64,000 nucleotides of DNA. It comes from Psammoneis japonica (taxonomy: Eukaryota). The position numbers and the translations under genes were made by a program. The DNA lies in the NCBI GenBank assembly GCA_008632985.1, contig QPGO01000187.1, positions 62,001-126,000 of the forward strand, read 5' to 3'. The notes below the pieces were generated by a model. The model had not been told where the DNA came from. It did no database searches and saw nothing but the letters and a program-made list of their open reading frames with translations. Positions 39,508-52,001 of this stretch are shown here, one piece after another; position 1 is the stretch's first letter, and each line of letters begins with the position of its first letter.

Positions 39508-39872
39508 CGCTGAGCAATCACTGTGCTCACTTACACTGAATCTTTTTTTCTGTAGGGTATTTCATCCCGACGAATGACACTGATTGCATTCCCAACCCAA
39601 TGGCTGCACTACTTTCTTTACAACTTGCCGTGTCTTCTTTTCTTTCGCCGTTGGTTGCGATGTTGTGTGCCGAATGCATTCAAATAAAACGCCGTTGCGG
39701 TATGATAAAAGTAGTCGTTTGTTTTTTCGCCGCTTTCGGGAAAAAAAGTGACGTTAGTTTCACAATTGGTAATGAGCGAGGCTTCTACACAAAATCGTGG
39801 TATGTATCTCTCGTAGCCGAGCGAAGAGCAGACAATGTACCAGGCCTACGGCTTCATGGGCCCCTCTTTCAC

Positions 39873-39947
39873 GTAGGGCCCTAGTGCGTAGAAATCCAGC
39901 TGACTTTAGTAAAAAAGCTACTTGATTTTTTCTACTTAGGGCCCTAC
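39873..39947. repeat. Imperfect ~75-bp inverted repeat bounded by two TAGGGCCCTA palindromes
   Basis: gTAGGGCCCTA..gtagaaa / tttctac.TAGGGCCCTAc, downstream of the transposase. Confidence 0.5.
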
Positions 39948-40235
39948 CCGTCATTCATGATGTCAGTTTTTGAGTTTTGTTGGTGACAACGTTCTTTTTC
40001 GCCGTTACAAGTTGAAGTTGTCAACGACATGACAGAGAAGAACTCTACTGTACGGTACGCCGCACCGCCCGCCGCCCATGCGATACACGATAGCTCTACT
40101 GTAGGCCCTATGCAGTAGCTACAGTACTCTCAAAAGAGAGAACGCGAGACCTAAGATTTGATTTGCGATCTGGATCTTGCGAAATCAGAAGAACGGGTTC
40201 ACTTTTCAAATATTGTTTCATACAACAGCGACAAC

Positions 40236-43200
40236 ATGGGCAACTCTGAATCGAAGAGTCGTCCTTTGGAGCAGTGGACCAAGGACGATGTGGCTGATTC
40301 CGTAGTCTCGTTGGGTGGTCCAAAGTATAAAGAGTATGCTGCCTCGATTCGCGATTCCGGGATTGACGGCGGTCTCTTGAGTTCCCTTGGAGATGATGCG
40401 AGCGAACTCGAAGAGATGCTGGACGAGTTGGAGATTTCGTCCAAAATTCATCGAAAAGTGATTGCGCGAGCATTGGAGTCATCCTTGTTGGATCAAGAGA
40501 AAACGGACAAGTCTGCTCCGACGACACCTGTGGTCGAGACGAACAACACGGATGATTGTAAACAAGAAGAAAAGGTGTCAACAGAATCAAGCATCCCTCC
40601 TAATCAAGATGTGCCTGATTTTTTGGCCGCAGAAGAGTATGACTTGACCGCGTATACTCCCATTTCAGAGATTCAGGAGTTTGATGGACTTGCGAGACAA
40701 CTTATGGGATCCAATTCCAGCGCCAATTATGCCGGCGTACACCTGTGTCGATTAGATGGTCAGCACGTGCTCTGTGGAAATCTGCGTGGACCCAACGGTG
40801 AACTCATACCTATGGATCGAGGAACAGTTGTGGATCATAATCAAAGTTTCTGCTCTCAGTTGGTGTTGGACAAGTCCAAAGATTTTGTCATTCGTGAGGT
40901 GACAATCGAGGACTTTCGTTCCATTGGGTCAACCTATGTGGGTCACGTCATCAAGAACGATGACGGGTCGAGACTAGGAGTAGTATGCCAGATTACCACA
41001 GATACCTATGAAGAGAGTCAACGTGAAGAGGAGTCCTTGCGACTCTTGTCCGCCGAGATTGCTGCCATGACGGAGCAGCAACTCCGTCTACGAAAACAAT
41101 TGCAAGATCGCAACAAGTCACTTACAGAACAAGTTGCGAACGCCAGGAAAGAATACATGGATCTCAAGTCTAAAGAAGAAGAAGAAAAGTCATCCAAGTC
41201 GGAGCAAAACGTACCACCACAAGTTGATGATGGCCCCAAGTCGTCCAAGTCTGAGCAGAACGTACCACCACATGTTGATGATGGCCCGACTTCGAACTCA
41301 AGCTTGTTGCCGTTTGTGGCAAACCAGTATCGAGCGTCCGAGTTGGAACGGCAACACATTCCTTCCTCGGTTTTCGAAGAGGCTGCTAAGGCTGGTATGC
41401 CTCCGCCACCCGTGGGAAGAGACGACATGGCCCGTGTATCCAGGGTAGAGGCATTGGGATTGCACAAGATGGATCCAGACTCGCCCATGGCGAAGCAGTT
41501 AAAGGGATTGGTTGGCAGGACTGCTTCTCTATTTCGGTTTCCAGTTGTTGCCATCACAATCCATAACCACTCGAATCAGCTCGCCCTTGGTATTCAGGAC
41601 GGCGGTGTTGGTGTTATTCAAGCTGGAGAGACGATTTGCTCCGACAGCGAAGGCGCCCCCTTTTGCGTTGCTTATGGACGCGGCACCACCGCCTGCAACT
41701 ATACAATTATGAAACGAGGCACGTTTGTTGTCCCCGATTTGTGGAAGGATGAGGCATTTATGAGCTGCTACACTGGTAGTCCCATGCGTTCTTACGTTGG
41801 AACTCCTATAATCACTTCCGATGGGTACGTCGTAGCTGTGCTTTGCATGTTGGACACAGTTCCGAGGCACGATTTCACCAAGGACCACGAATTAGAGCTT
41901 GAACGAATGGCTCTCCTCATGGCGCAAACCATCGAAAATTGGGAGCACCGTCGAATTATGGACGAGCTTGTCGAAGAACGTAAGCTCCTCAAGCACCTCA
42001 CTAGTACCATGTCGTTGCGAGAGAGCAAGCGCGATGCCCCGTCTGGTGAGGTCACGATTGTTCTTACCGACATTCAAGGCTCGACCTCTCTTTGGGAGGC
42101 TGACGCTGATGCCATGAAAGAGGCCTTAGGCTTGCATGACAAAATCCTCCGAAAGTGCATTTCCGCCCATAGCGGCTACGAAATCAAAACTGAAGGCGAC
42201 GCGTTTCACTTGGCCTTTCATGATCCTGTGGATGCCATTGGATTTGCTCTCGAGGCTCAAATGGAGTTGTACAAGGCAGATTGGTCGGATAGTATTCTAG
42301 CCTTGGCTGATGCAGGCATCGATGAAGAGGGACGGTTTCGTGGCCTTCGTGTCCGGATGGGTATCCACCATGGAAGTGCGACGCCTCAGATCAACGAAGT
42401 TAGTGGCCGTGCATCGTATTCCGGAAAGACGTTTCGGTTGGCAAAGAGCATCGAGGCTCTGTGTTTTGGTGGACAGATACTGGCAACTGCCGAAACTTGG
42501 CGGGTTGTTTCTGAACTGAGTGAGCAGTTGGGAACTCCTCAAGTAGTTGATTATGGAGAGTATGTGCTCATGACTGGTGAATTTATGGACGAAGGTATCA
42601 TTGCAAAGGGTGTCGTACAGTTGGTTCCTAAAGAGTTGGCGTATGATTACTTCAATGCAACCGGTAGTACTAGCCACGCTTCTCTTGTGCCGGCAAAAGG
42701 ACGGAGGTTCCCGCAGGCTGACACTACCCGCAGACTAACCACATCGTTCTTGGATGCACCGGATAAGAGTGGAACCGCTACAATGATGTTTGTTTATCCA
42801 TCGGGGACAGATGACTTTGCTGATGACTTGGCGCAGCGGACATTCTCGATCTTGACAAAAGTGGTCAGGTCGCTACTGTTGCAAGTGTCGCCGCCGGGCT
42901 ACGAATGCCAAGAAGACAAAGGTAAATAGGCAGTCGATACATGCCGATGGTTCTTTGGAAATGAACTAACAAATTTCTTGTTTCGACGAATAAGGCAAAT
43001 GGGTGATTGCATTCGAATCGTTGGATCCGGCTGTCAAGTTTGGGCTCATGCTCATGACGGCGGTTGGTAACGCACCCTTTGACGATGAAGTTGATACCAC
43101 CAATCTTATCCGAGTTGGTATTCATTCTGGTGCCTTTTCAGGAATGGCCCCGCATCCATTGACCGGTCGTGCCGATTATGTCGGTCCTGTAGTGAACCGT

Positions 43201-43524
43201 GCCGCTCGGGTTGCGGCTGCCACGGATGCGGGCAAGGTGTTTGTGGGAGTGCCAGTTGTCGAGTCAGCAGAGATGCCACCACCTCCAACCATGGACTCCG
43301 AAGTGTCGGTGGAGTTTGTATGTGCAAAGGAATTAAAAGGTGTCTCTTGCAAAATGGCCTTGTTTTGTTGTGAAGACAAGGCGAGCAAAGGACGGGTTGC
43401 ACGAATGTTGAAGAAACCGAGATCTGACGGAAACAAAGGCCGCAAGGCTAAGCATACGAGTGAAGGGGCAAAGCCGAAACGTTCATTTCTTGGCTCGCTG
43501 CGCATCCGCAAAAGCAAAAGGTAA
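40236..43524 (+). CDS. Class III nucleotidyl cyclase: N-myristoylation motif, SAM, GAF domain(s), two cyclase domains
   Basis: MGNSES; SAM WTKDDVAD..GIDGGLL; GAF CNYTI..VPDL..D..F..MRSYVGTPI..LCMLD; CYC1 TIVLTDIQGST..KTEGDAF..RVRMGIH; CYC2 RVGIHSG..DYVGPVVNRAARV. Intron 42922-42994 (GT..ctaac..AG). 17-aa duplication at ~41187-41288. Confidence 0.9.
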
Positions 43525-43775
43525 AAGACGTATACACAAGGGATGCTTTGGCAGTACAATGCATGTTTCCATATTTATCTTTCAGCATGGCAAATGCGTA
43601 GTTCTGTTTTTAGTAAAGAGAAGGAGTTGCAGCTCTCTTCCACAATCCAATCAGTTATGTGCTGCTTTGGGTAATATTAGTAATATTTGTTTTTCACATT
43701 TCAATTTGTTGCTTCATTCCTTCTGTCAACGGCTTTTGCTTTGGGCTATACCAGCTCGATTGTCAACTAGTTGTT

Positions 43776-44861
43776 TCATGCCTTCTCTCGACGCTCATGC
43801 ATCATCCATCGCCAGTCACAGTAGTTGGGGGTCTTTGCCCAGTATTGAAATAGAGATTCAATCAATTCTGTGTTGTAAACATTTTTCAAGACGCTCTTGT
43901 GCTTTCGCTTATCAATACCTTTGCTGCGCATTTCATCCACAATTATGGATTCTTGCGGTTCGATATCCCAGCTCCGTAGCAACGTCTTCCATTCGTCAAC
44001 ACTCTGTTGGAATTCGACCGATTTTTCTGGCACGTATTGAAAGGCTTCGAGAAGTTCCTTTTCCACGCGAGGGTAGTTTTCCTTTTTATTGTCAAAATCC
44101 ATTGCCTGGTCCAATCTCAACTTTAAAGACGGACGTTTCAAAGCTTCTTCACAGCCCCACGTTTTCATGTCTCTTGCCACCACCTCTTCAAAGTTTTTCT
44201 TGTTGACAAGAGCCAGAGTTTTGACTTCAGGGTGCTCTCGTCGCTCATAACAAAAATCGGAACGAGTACCGTTCTCAAACACAGATTGGTGATTTGATTC
44301 TGGTAGAAAACAATCACGAATATCACAAATAATCCGTTCCAATATATTACGGCGGTACATCAAGACATAACGAGGATTCAGCTGCTTGAGTCCCTCTACC
44401 ACACCTCGTGTAAGATGAGGCGCCAGAACTTTGGGAACAAACACTTGAGAATGATTCCTCATCACGTGCTTGTAGCTATCCATGACCATGTCCTTGTCTG
44501 CCAAAACCGGGTCTGACATTTTTCTTTTAAAGAGCTTGTTGTTTTGGTGTTTAAGAAATTCAGAGGATTCGTCATGTGCTAAACTGACTGTGGGATCCAA
44601 CCCCGTGTGACGCTCCACAAGCTTTCGTGCAAACGCAATTGCGAACGTGCTTCCAGAGCAACCATTGGAAACCATCACCAACGGTCGTGACCTCCAATTG
44701 CCACTGTACTTTTCAAACTTATTGGCTTGATGAAGTCCGACCGAATAAGACGAGGAGGAGAGAGCAGAAGACGAGTGAACTCTGAGTAAAAAACATAATT
44801 CCCATGTAATAAGCCCTACAGCAATGGTAATAGCAGCATGTTTGAGGCTCTTTGACAGCAT
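43776..44861 (-). CDS. Sulfotransferase-like type II membrane protein
   Basis: N-terminal TM helix, VMVSNGCSGST (5'-PSB-like loop) and VLMYRRNILER (3'-PB-like motif). Confidence 0.6.
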   Translation of the reverse strand: MLSKSLKHAAITIAVGLITWELCFLLRVHSSSALSSSSYSVGLHQANKFEKYSGNWRSRPLVMVSNGCSGSTFAIAFARKLVERHTGLDPTVSLAHDESSEFLKHQNNKLFKRKMSDPVLADKDMVMDSYKHVMRNHSQVFVPKVLAPHLTRGVVEGLKQLNPRYVLMYRRNILERIICDIRDCFLPESNHQSVFENGTRSDFCYERREHPEVKTLALVNKKNFEEVVARDMKTWGCEEALKRPSLKLRLDQAMDFDNKKENYPRVEKELLEAFQYVPEKSVEFQQSVDEWKTLLRSWDIEPQESIIVDEMRSKGIDKRKHKSVLKNVYNTELIESLFQYWAKTPNYCDWRWMMHERREKA

Positions 44862-46564
44862 GGTTTACAATCTACTACAACGAGATGAAGAGTGAATGGG
44901 GCGTGTTGACGGCATTGCTGCGCTGCCAGGAGCGAGGAGCAACGGATTTTTCGAATTTTTCTCAAGGTCATTACAAAATTTGTCGTCGCATTATGCGAGC
45001 ATTGTCCTATTGCCCAACCCACAGCAGGGGCCATTTTTGTGACTTGGGCAGTGCCATTGGATGTCATTGCAGCTGCCCTGCCATGGAGGCTGCCAGCCGG
45101 AGAAACGCATGTTGTTGCGCTTCAGATTTTCAAACTCACGCAAGAAAGATCGCATGGGACCTTCAACTTGCGAAACTTCCCTCCGGCCAGGCCAGCACCA
45201 CCATGAAAAAGCAAGCGGGGGCCAGACGACGAGGACAACAACTCGACGTGGCTGTCAGACTTGGCAGAGAAACACGACAACGCACCAGAGAACAGTTTCC
45301 AGGCAGGGTGAACATCACACCACAATTGCTTTTTTGCAGAGGCTCAAAACGGAGCTCTCAAGCTCTGCCGATGTTCGAGAGCTGCTTCTTGGAGTCTGTC
45401 AGCACTGCAAGCCACCAGAGCAAGCTGCGAGCGTGCTCTTTCTTTTTGCCAACCTCGCGCACATTTGTGAGTGGAGAGCGAGCTTTGCACTGCCTCCCCT
45501 CTTGTGGATCTCATGCTCCTTGTTGATTGATGCCACAACTCTGCTGCAGCGCTGTGCGCAGGAGTGGGCAGGCAAAACAATGTCGCAGTGGCCTGGCAGT
45601 CTTTGTGATGCCCCTGTTTGTTGGCGCAGTCATCAGCTCTGTTGGGCGCTTTGGCTGTGGATGCAACATCCAGCATCTTGGCTGGAGCCCCTGGTTGATG
45701 ACCAACCCGGCACATTGTCAGTCAGTCAGCATGGGGAGCCCGCGCCAACTCAAGCCACAAAAGATGCAGCCGCCATGAGCAGATCCAAGATGATTGCTGA
45801 AACCAAAAACCTCAACAATGCTGCTGTCCCAGAAGGTGGCTTTGTGGCCAAGACATGGTCAAAATGTTTGACCGGGTCACTCTTTCAAAGTGAAGAGCTC
45901 TGTGAAGCACTTGGGGGTGCTGAAGTGATTTCCACAACAAGCCCAGTCAGAAACCTCAGGACAAGGAAGAGTCAAACTCCATCATCAAGAAGAAAGCAGA
46001 GACCTGTGTCTCAAATGCAAAGAAGAAGCACAAGGGAATGCAAAGAGGAGCTCAACCACTCCCATGATCAGCGCATCATCAACTCCACAACTCCAAAGAT
46101 GACTCCAAAGTGGACATCCGAGGAGGAGGCAAATGCAGTGCTGGTGGTTTCAATGCATTGGATGAGTGCACAAATGAAGGTCTGTCTGCCATCATGCTTG
46201 TGATGTGGGCCTGTCCCACAAACGAATTAAAAACATGAGAAACACCAGCTTCCACCAAGGCCTCCCCCTGTCATGCAAGAACAAGCTGACAAGACAACAA
46301 GCTCTGGGTTTTTTGGATCTTTGAAGAGATCCTTCAATCTGCTGATTGTCAATGGCTGCATTGTCCTTTCATTCTCCATTGTCAAATGCTTGTTTTGCCC
46401 CTGAGACATGAGAGGTGTGGAGCGCGGTTTTGAGGAAGAGCAAGACATGCCAAGCAGAGAGTCAAAAAACATTTGTGGGCTCAAACAACACTTGGATTTG
46501 CCAACCAGTCTCAGCTGCTTTTTCCTCAAAAGTCATCAATGCCAATTGCTTTTTGTGCTCAAAA

Positions 46565-47000
46565 TTGGCTGCTGGGCCAGTCCATGACTTCTCAACAAAG
46601 CTTTGACTCCAAAAAGTCAGCCACCCACTCTTGGCCATCACAGCCAACATTGTCATCTCCCTTGAGATCACTGTGCCATCACATGGAACAAAAATGTGTT
46701 CCAATGGAGTTGTTGTGCCATGAACGCCAATCTAGAAGGATTTTTGACAAGGCTGAAAATGACCATTGTTTGGGTCTTGGCTCACCTCGGTCGGGGGTCC
46801 CTTCACCCACATGCACTCACAGCGCTGGAGTTGCATGATGTGCATGTGGCTTGACAATGTCCAGAAGAAACTCTTGATGCACTTGAACAAAGAAAGCACA
46901 TTTTCCTGATGGCTGTGGTTGTTTGCACCAACAGAAAACAGAGACAATCACAAGGTGCAGAGCTGCTGTTGCTCTTCCAAGTTTTCCAGAAAGATGCTGT
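46565..47000 (-). pseudogene. Third, highly degenerate partial copy of the SGNH esterase gene
   Basis: Colinear with 55235-55700 (aaaagtcagccaccc, catggaacaaaaatgt, gggtcccct) and translates EHIFVPCDGTVIS. Confidence 0.75.
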
Positions 47001-47585
47001 TACATGAGGTGCAACAAAGGAGCAAAAGTCCTCCCAATTGGCAGTGACAAAAGAGGAATGATGTGCCCATGCTGTGGTGAATGACCCCATGCCGAGATGC
47101 TTGGGCTCAAGAGGGGATGGTTTGTGCACAAAATGCAGAAAAGCTTTGCTCTCAGTGCGCCACAAGAATGCCCATGGACCAGCATCTCCAGGCACCAATT
47201 TCATCTTTTTTTGTGGCTGCACTCTGATGATGACCCTCTCTGATCTAGAGCAGCAGTTGGCAGTTTGCCATTTGGTGGAAGCACGGTCAATTTCCCGTCT
47301 GCGTCGATGAGACAGATGGATGGACGTGATCGTGATCGTGACATCATGACTGGGCAAGGGCGCGATGAGCCCGCCCGCCTAAAACCAAAATGCTTCCCCC
47401 CCGGATTGGGTGACCGACTTCTGCCGGCATGCGTGGCAGGGACCATCTCAAGCAAGAGAAGGACGGAACGATCAGAAGGAAGGAAAGTTTGCGAGATGAA
47501 TGCAACACTGCAGCTGCTTGCGAACACGATAAACTGAAATTTGCAGTCTAGAGAGATGCAACGGCGACAATGGGACAGTGCAATG

Positions 47586-48025
47586 TGCAGCTGCTGACAA
47601 GAGCCAATGTGTCACGGCGACGTGTTACAGCCTTTAAATGTCACAAAGGGCGTGACAAAAATGACCTTTGTCTGCATGCACACTGCATTGTGAATTCACA
47701 ATGCAGCAGTTCATCGCAGCCATCAGGCAGGAGGCCAGGGGTTCGAAACCCTGAGTGGGAGTTGTCTGCAGCAACGTTGATCACTGTCGAACGCGTAAAA
47801 ACTCTGTGCAGTTCTGCATGTTCCTTCGCACGCACCCACACTGTTCCGCCAAAACCGTGCAGTGTCAGCACACGTCAGTGAAGAGCCGCATGGACGCGTG
47901 ACACATGGGGAGGAGTGCAGCACACAGCTGCCAACAAGAGCCAATGCACCACGGCGACGTGTTGCAGCCTTTGAATGTCACAAAGGGCGTGACAAAAACA
48001 ACCTTTTGTCTGCATGCACACTGCA
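47586..48025. repeat. Two ~100-bp direct repeats ~337 bp apart
   Basis: acaagagccaatg..cacggcgacgtgtt.cagccttt.aatgtcacaaagggcgtgacaaaaa..tttgtctgcatgcacactgca at ~47586-47687 and ~47923-48025. Confidence 0.85.
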
Positions 48026-48236
48026 ATGGCTGCAGTTCTGCACAATGGTTTGAGTTGTGTTGCGGCCTTTGTCGTTGGTCATCAGAATGCAAAGCAACAT
48101 TTGTCACGGTGATGTGAGCGTGTCTCTGCCACCGCACGACCATTCACAAGATGTGGAATGTGTTCCCCGAGCTGTCCCCTGGCAATCAAGTGGCACTGTG
48201 AACCTCAATGCAAGAGCCATGTGCCACACCAGGCGT

Positions 48237-49049
48237 TCATTCCACACAAGTGATTTCAACGCAACTCTTTCCAACATCACCCGCATCCAATCTGAACACC
48301 CCTTTCATTGAGATTTCTTGATCAATCAGTTCTGCAGTTTCCGGAACACCAGTGGTTTCCATGTTTTCAAGTTCAACTTCAGCAGAGATGAAGAATTTGT
48401 TTGCAAGCCAACCGGGGCAATCCAAGTGGCAATTGGCATGCCCACAGGTTCCAAACATCAATTCCCAGAAAGCTTGAGCCGCCTCTTCTGCCATTTCATA
48501 GAAGTTTTCAGGAGGTTGGTTGTTGTCCTTTTCTTCATGTGCAAGGCAGATGAAGAACCGGCAGTGCGGCTTGGTCATTTCTGTCAGATCATTCTTCTCG
48601 AACAACGAATTCTCGCGGGCCTCGTGCTTGAGCTTCTTCTTCCTCCCTTCAATTTCCTCATGATTGGCATTGTCACACATCGGAATTGATTTGTTCGGAA
48701 ATTCTCGGTTGAGCCACGCTTGTTCCAAGCGTGTGCACAAGTCGGTCACGGTGTCGTCGTTTTTGTCACAGGGTGCTTCCAGCCACTCAGCGTGACCCGT
48801 CAGCACCTTCATGTCAAAAGAGCAAGCCAGAAATGCAGCAGGGGACAAATTCTCTTCCTTCATGATTTGCGCACAGCCTTTGTACAGTTCATGACTTTCT
48901 GTCCTGCCAAAGTCGTCTTCTTTCTTGAGAACTGCTTGAACAACAGCATGCCAATGCTGCGTTGCAAGGACTTGCAGCCCACGCTGAACACCCTTGTCGA
49001 GTTGGTCAAAGGAAGTCATGGAAGGCTTGTTGTCAAAAGTGGCACTCAA
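48237..49049 (-). pseudogene. TpA-depleted ORF of unknown function
   Basis: 270-aa protein-like ORF with only 2 Tyr, inside a mutated domain. Confidence 0.35.
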
Positions 49050-49301
49050 GATGATGGCAAGGTGGGGAGGATGAAGAGACGCAGCACGCAGCGATCACAG
49101 CAATGCTGGATGCTTCACCGCTGCAACCTGCAACGCACGCAGAGCCTTCTTTCATTGTTTGTTTTCTTTTGTCATTTTTTGGCTTCACGCACAGACCGAC
49201 GGACAGATTGCATGACTGCTCGAAGCATGACATGCGTGAGCAGAAGAACAAATCATTGACCACTCAGTGGTTGGTGATTGCAGACTTTTTCGTGTCGGTC
49301 C

Positions 49302-49352
49302 GGCAGTCGGGCAGTGGGGCAGTGGGGCAGTGGGGCAGTCGGGCAGTCGGGT
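49302..49352. repeat. 8-bp tandem repeat GGCAGT(C/G)G x6
   Basis: ggcagtcg/ggcagtgg units seen directly. Confidence 0.85.
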
Positions 49353-51098
49353 TGTCCGTCTGAATTTGAAAGTGTGTCCCTTGGATTTTGAAAGGGCATG
49401 GGTTGTTTAGTGCAGATGAATTCTTCGGATTCTTGGAATTGTCATTGAGGACATGAGAGGTTGTGGGGACATCCTAAAAAATTGACAAATTCCCTGCGAC
49501 TGGTGCGTGGCACGGTTTTTCAGGAGAGCTCAAAAGTTCTGAAAAATTGGGATTGCCGGCGTGGCATGTTCAAAAATGTGCTCAGTTACACACAAAGACA
49601 ATTTGTCATGAATTCCACACGAAAAAGTCACATTGGGGAAAACACATCAAACTGCAAGTGAGTTTGTGTGATGCGCTGTTGTGGCGATAAATTGGAAAAA
49701 AAAGAGTGTCCGTGCACCTCGCTGCAGCCCCAAAAATGGCATGAGACATCAAATGTGACGGTCATCCGCGTCACCGGTGCGGTGGCCACGCCACTCAGCC
49801 ACCACAATGCCGGCCCCGACGCAGGGCCCTGCGCACGTACAGGCAATGCAGCATGCAACGGCACACATGCACCCACACCCACAAAGAAAGACAAGTGGTC
49901 AATGCTCCCTGCAGGCCTGGTTGTGTTCAATCCCATCTGAATCCCATGCTCTAGCTCTGTCTTTTTTCACCGCCCCCGCAGCTCTTCATGTGACTCAACT
50001 GCAATCCATTTCTGTGTCTCCCGGCCCCAATGCAACAGAACCACACAACTCCATTGGCCATTTGTTGGCAGCCAGTGACCAGTGCAAAACACAGAGCAAC
50101 AGTGGCTCCAGGCTGGCGAAGCACTCGGCGGCAGCTCTTCTTTTGCCTCACAAGCCACAATTGCTTTTTTGACAGAGCCTCAGATTTGAACTCTCAACCT
50201 CCACCCCACCACCACCACCACCAGCAGCTCTTGCCCCAGCAAGCACGGCCGCGCCAGCAGCGGAATCAACAAATGCCATGATGCAACAGGATCCAAGGTG
50301 CGCTGCAGCAACCGCACATCAAACATTCTCTCTGTGGAAACCTCCCTGGTCGGTGGTGTGCTGTCTGTTGGCAAAAAAATTTCAGCAGAGTTGAAAAGAT
50401 CAAAAATGTGAAAAACTTGCAAAGATTGCACAGCAGGCACAACTGCAGCAAAGATGCTCCCACAGAATGCACAAGCAACTGGGTGCTGTTTGTGTGGCAC
50501 ACCAATCATGAGCACATGCACTTGGAAATCACAACCATTCACTGAGGCAATCCTCCCAGCTCAGCATTGCTGGCTGTCCTGAGATCACAACAAAAGCTCG
50601 TGTGTGGCTGGAGCATGTGCTGCTTCCTCAGCAAGCACCCAGCACCGCTGCTCTTGTTTTGCTTCCAGCACCAGCTTTGCCAGTGCCAGGTGCAACCTGA
50701 GTCTTTGAATTCCTTGTCATTTTGACTTGCTCAATGGCCAACCAGCTGATTCTTCAGCAATTGCTGGTCAATTGACCTCTGTCATTCTCTGACTCTGCTC
50801 TTCACTGTTGGCTGATGATCCTGATTTTGAGCACTCTGGTTGGTTGTGGTGCAAGCCACTGGCACCAGACCTCAAGCCAGAGCTTGCAACTCAAGGAACC
50901 CAGAACTGGAGCTCTTGCCAGAGAGCCACAATGGGTGGGTGGTGTGGCTGCAAGCAAAAACTCACTCTCAACTCGTCAACATGCAGTGCAACATTGGTGA
51001 AAGAAAAGAGTGAGGTTGCCATGGCTTGTCAGGTGCTTGCAGCCATGAGTGCTGCTTCTGCAATGCACAAAGCACCTCAGAAGCAGCAACGCACAGCA

Positions 51099-51372
51099 CC
51101 CCCCCCCCCCCCCCCCCCCCCCCCCNNNNNNNNNNNNNNNNNNNNNNNNNNNNNNNNNNNNNNNNNNNNNNNNNNNNNNNNNNNNNNNNNNNNNNNNNNN
51201 NNNNNNNNNNNNNNNNNNNNNNNNNNNNNNNNNNNNNNNNNNNNNNNNNNNNNNNNNNNNNNNNNNNNNNNNNNNNNNNNNNNNNNNNNNNNNNNNNNNN
51301 NNNNNNNNNNNNNNNNNNNNNNNNNNNNNNNNNNNNNNNNNNNNNNNNNNNNNNNNNNNNNNNNNNNNNNNN
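51099..51372. other. Poly-C run followed by assembly gap (N, 51126-51372)
   Basis: Seen directly. Confidence 0.99.
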
Positions 51373-51610
51373 AGAACAATCTCTTTCTCTCTCCTCAAGA
51401 GATGCACGTGTGGCAACAGCACCTGGTCTTAAGATTGCCTGGTGCAGCAGAGAGAGAGGCAAGTTCTCATCATCCAAAAGCTCACCAATGCAAGAGGAAA
51501 CTAAAACCAAAGTCACTTTCTACAGCAAGTTAACTTCTGACAAAGTTGCAATGTTGCACATGGCACCACATGAGCAGACAACAATGTCCGCAGTTGTCTG
51601 GCAGTCATCA

Positions 51611-52001
51611 CAACAACTCCATTTGTTGGTGCAACCATCGGCTCTGTCGAACGCATCAGCTGTCAGGCCAGTCCATGATTTCACAAAGCTTTGGTTCTAA
51701 AAAGTCAGCCACCCTTTCTTGGCCAAGCTGGTTCTTGTGTCAACAACTCCATTCATTGGTGCAGCCATCATCTCTGTCAAACGCATGTCAGCTGTTGGGC
51801 CAGTCCATGATTTCACAAAGCTTTGGTTCTAAAAAGTCAGCCACCCGCTCTTGACCAAGCTGGTTCTTGTGTCAACAACTCCATTCGTTGGTGCAACCAT
51901 TGGCTCTGTCAAACGCATTTGCTGTTTGGCCAGTCCATGATTTCACAAAGCTTTGGTTCTAAAAAGTCAGCCACCTGCTCTTGACCAAGCCGGTTCTTGT
52001 G
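51611..52001. repeat. 3 x ~130-bp tandem amplification of the esterase pseudogene 3' end
   Basis: Unit caacaactccatt..ccagtccatgatttcacaaagctttggttctaaaaagtcagccacc..ggttcttgtg occurs three times. Confidence 0.9.

Noticed and set aside
50808..51700. ORFs with poly-Pro/poly-Gly spanning 51099-51372
   Set aside because: Artefacts of the poly-C run and N gap.
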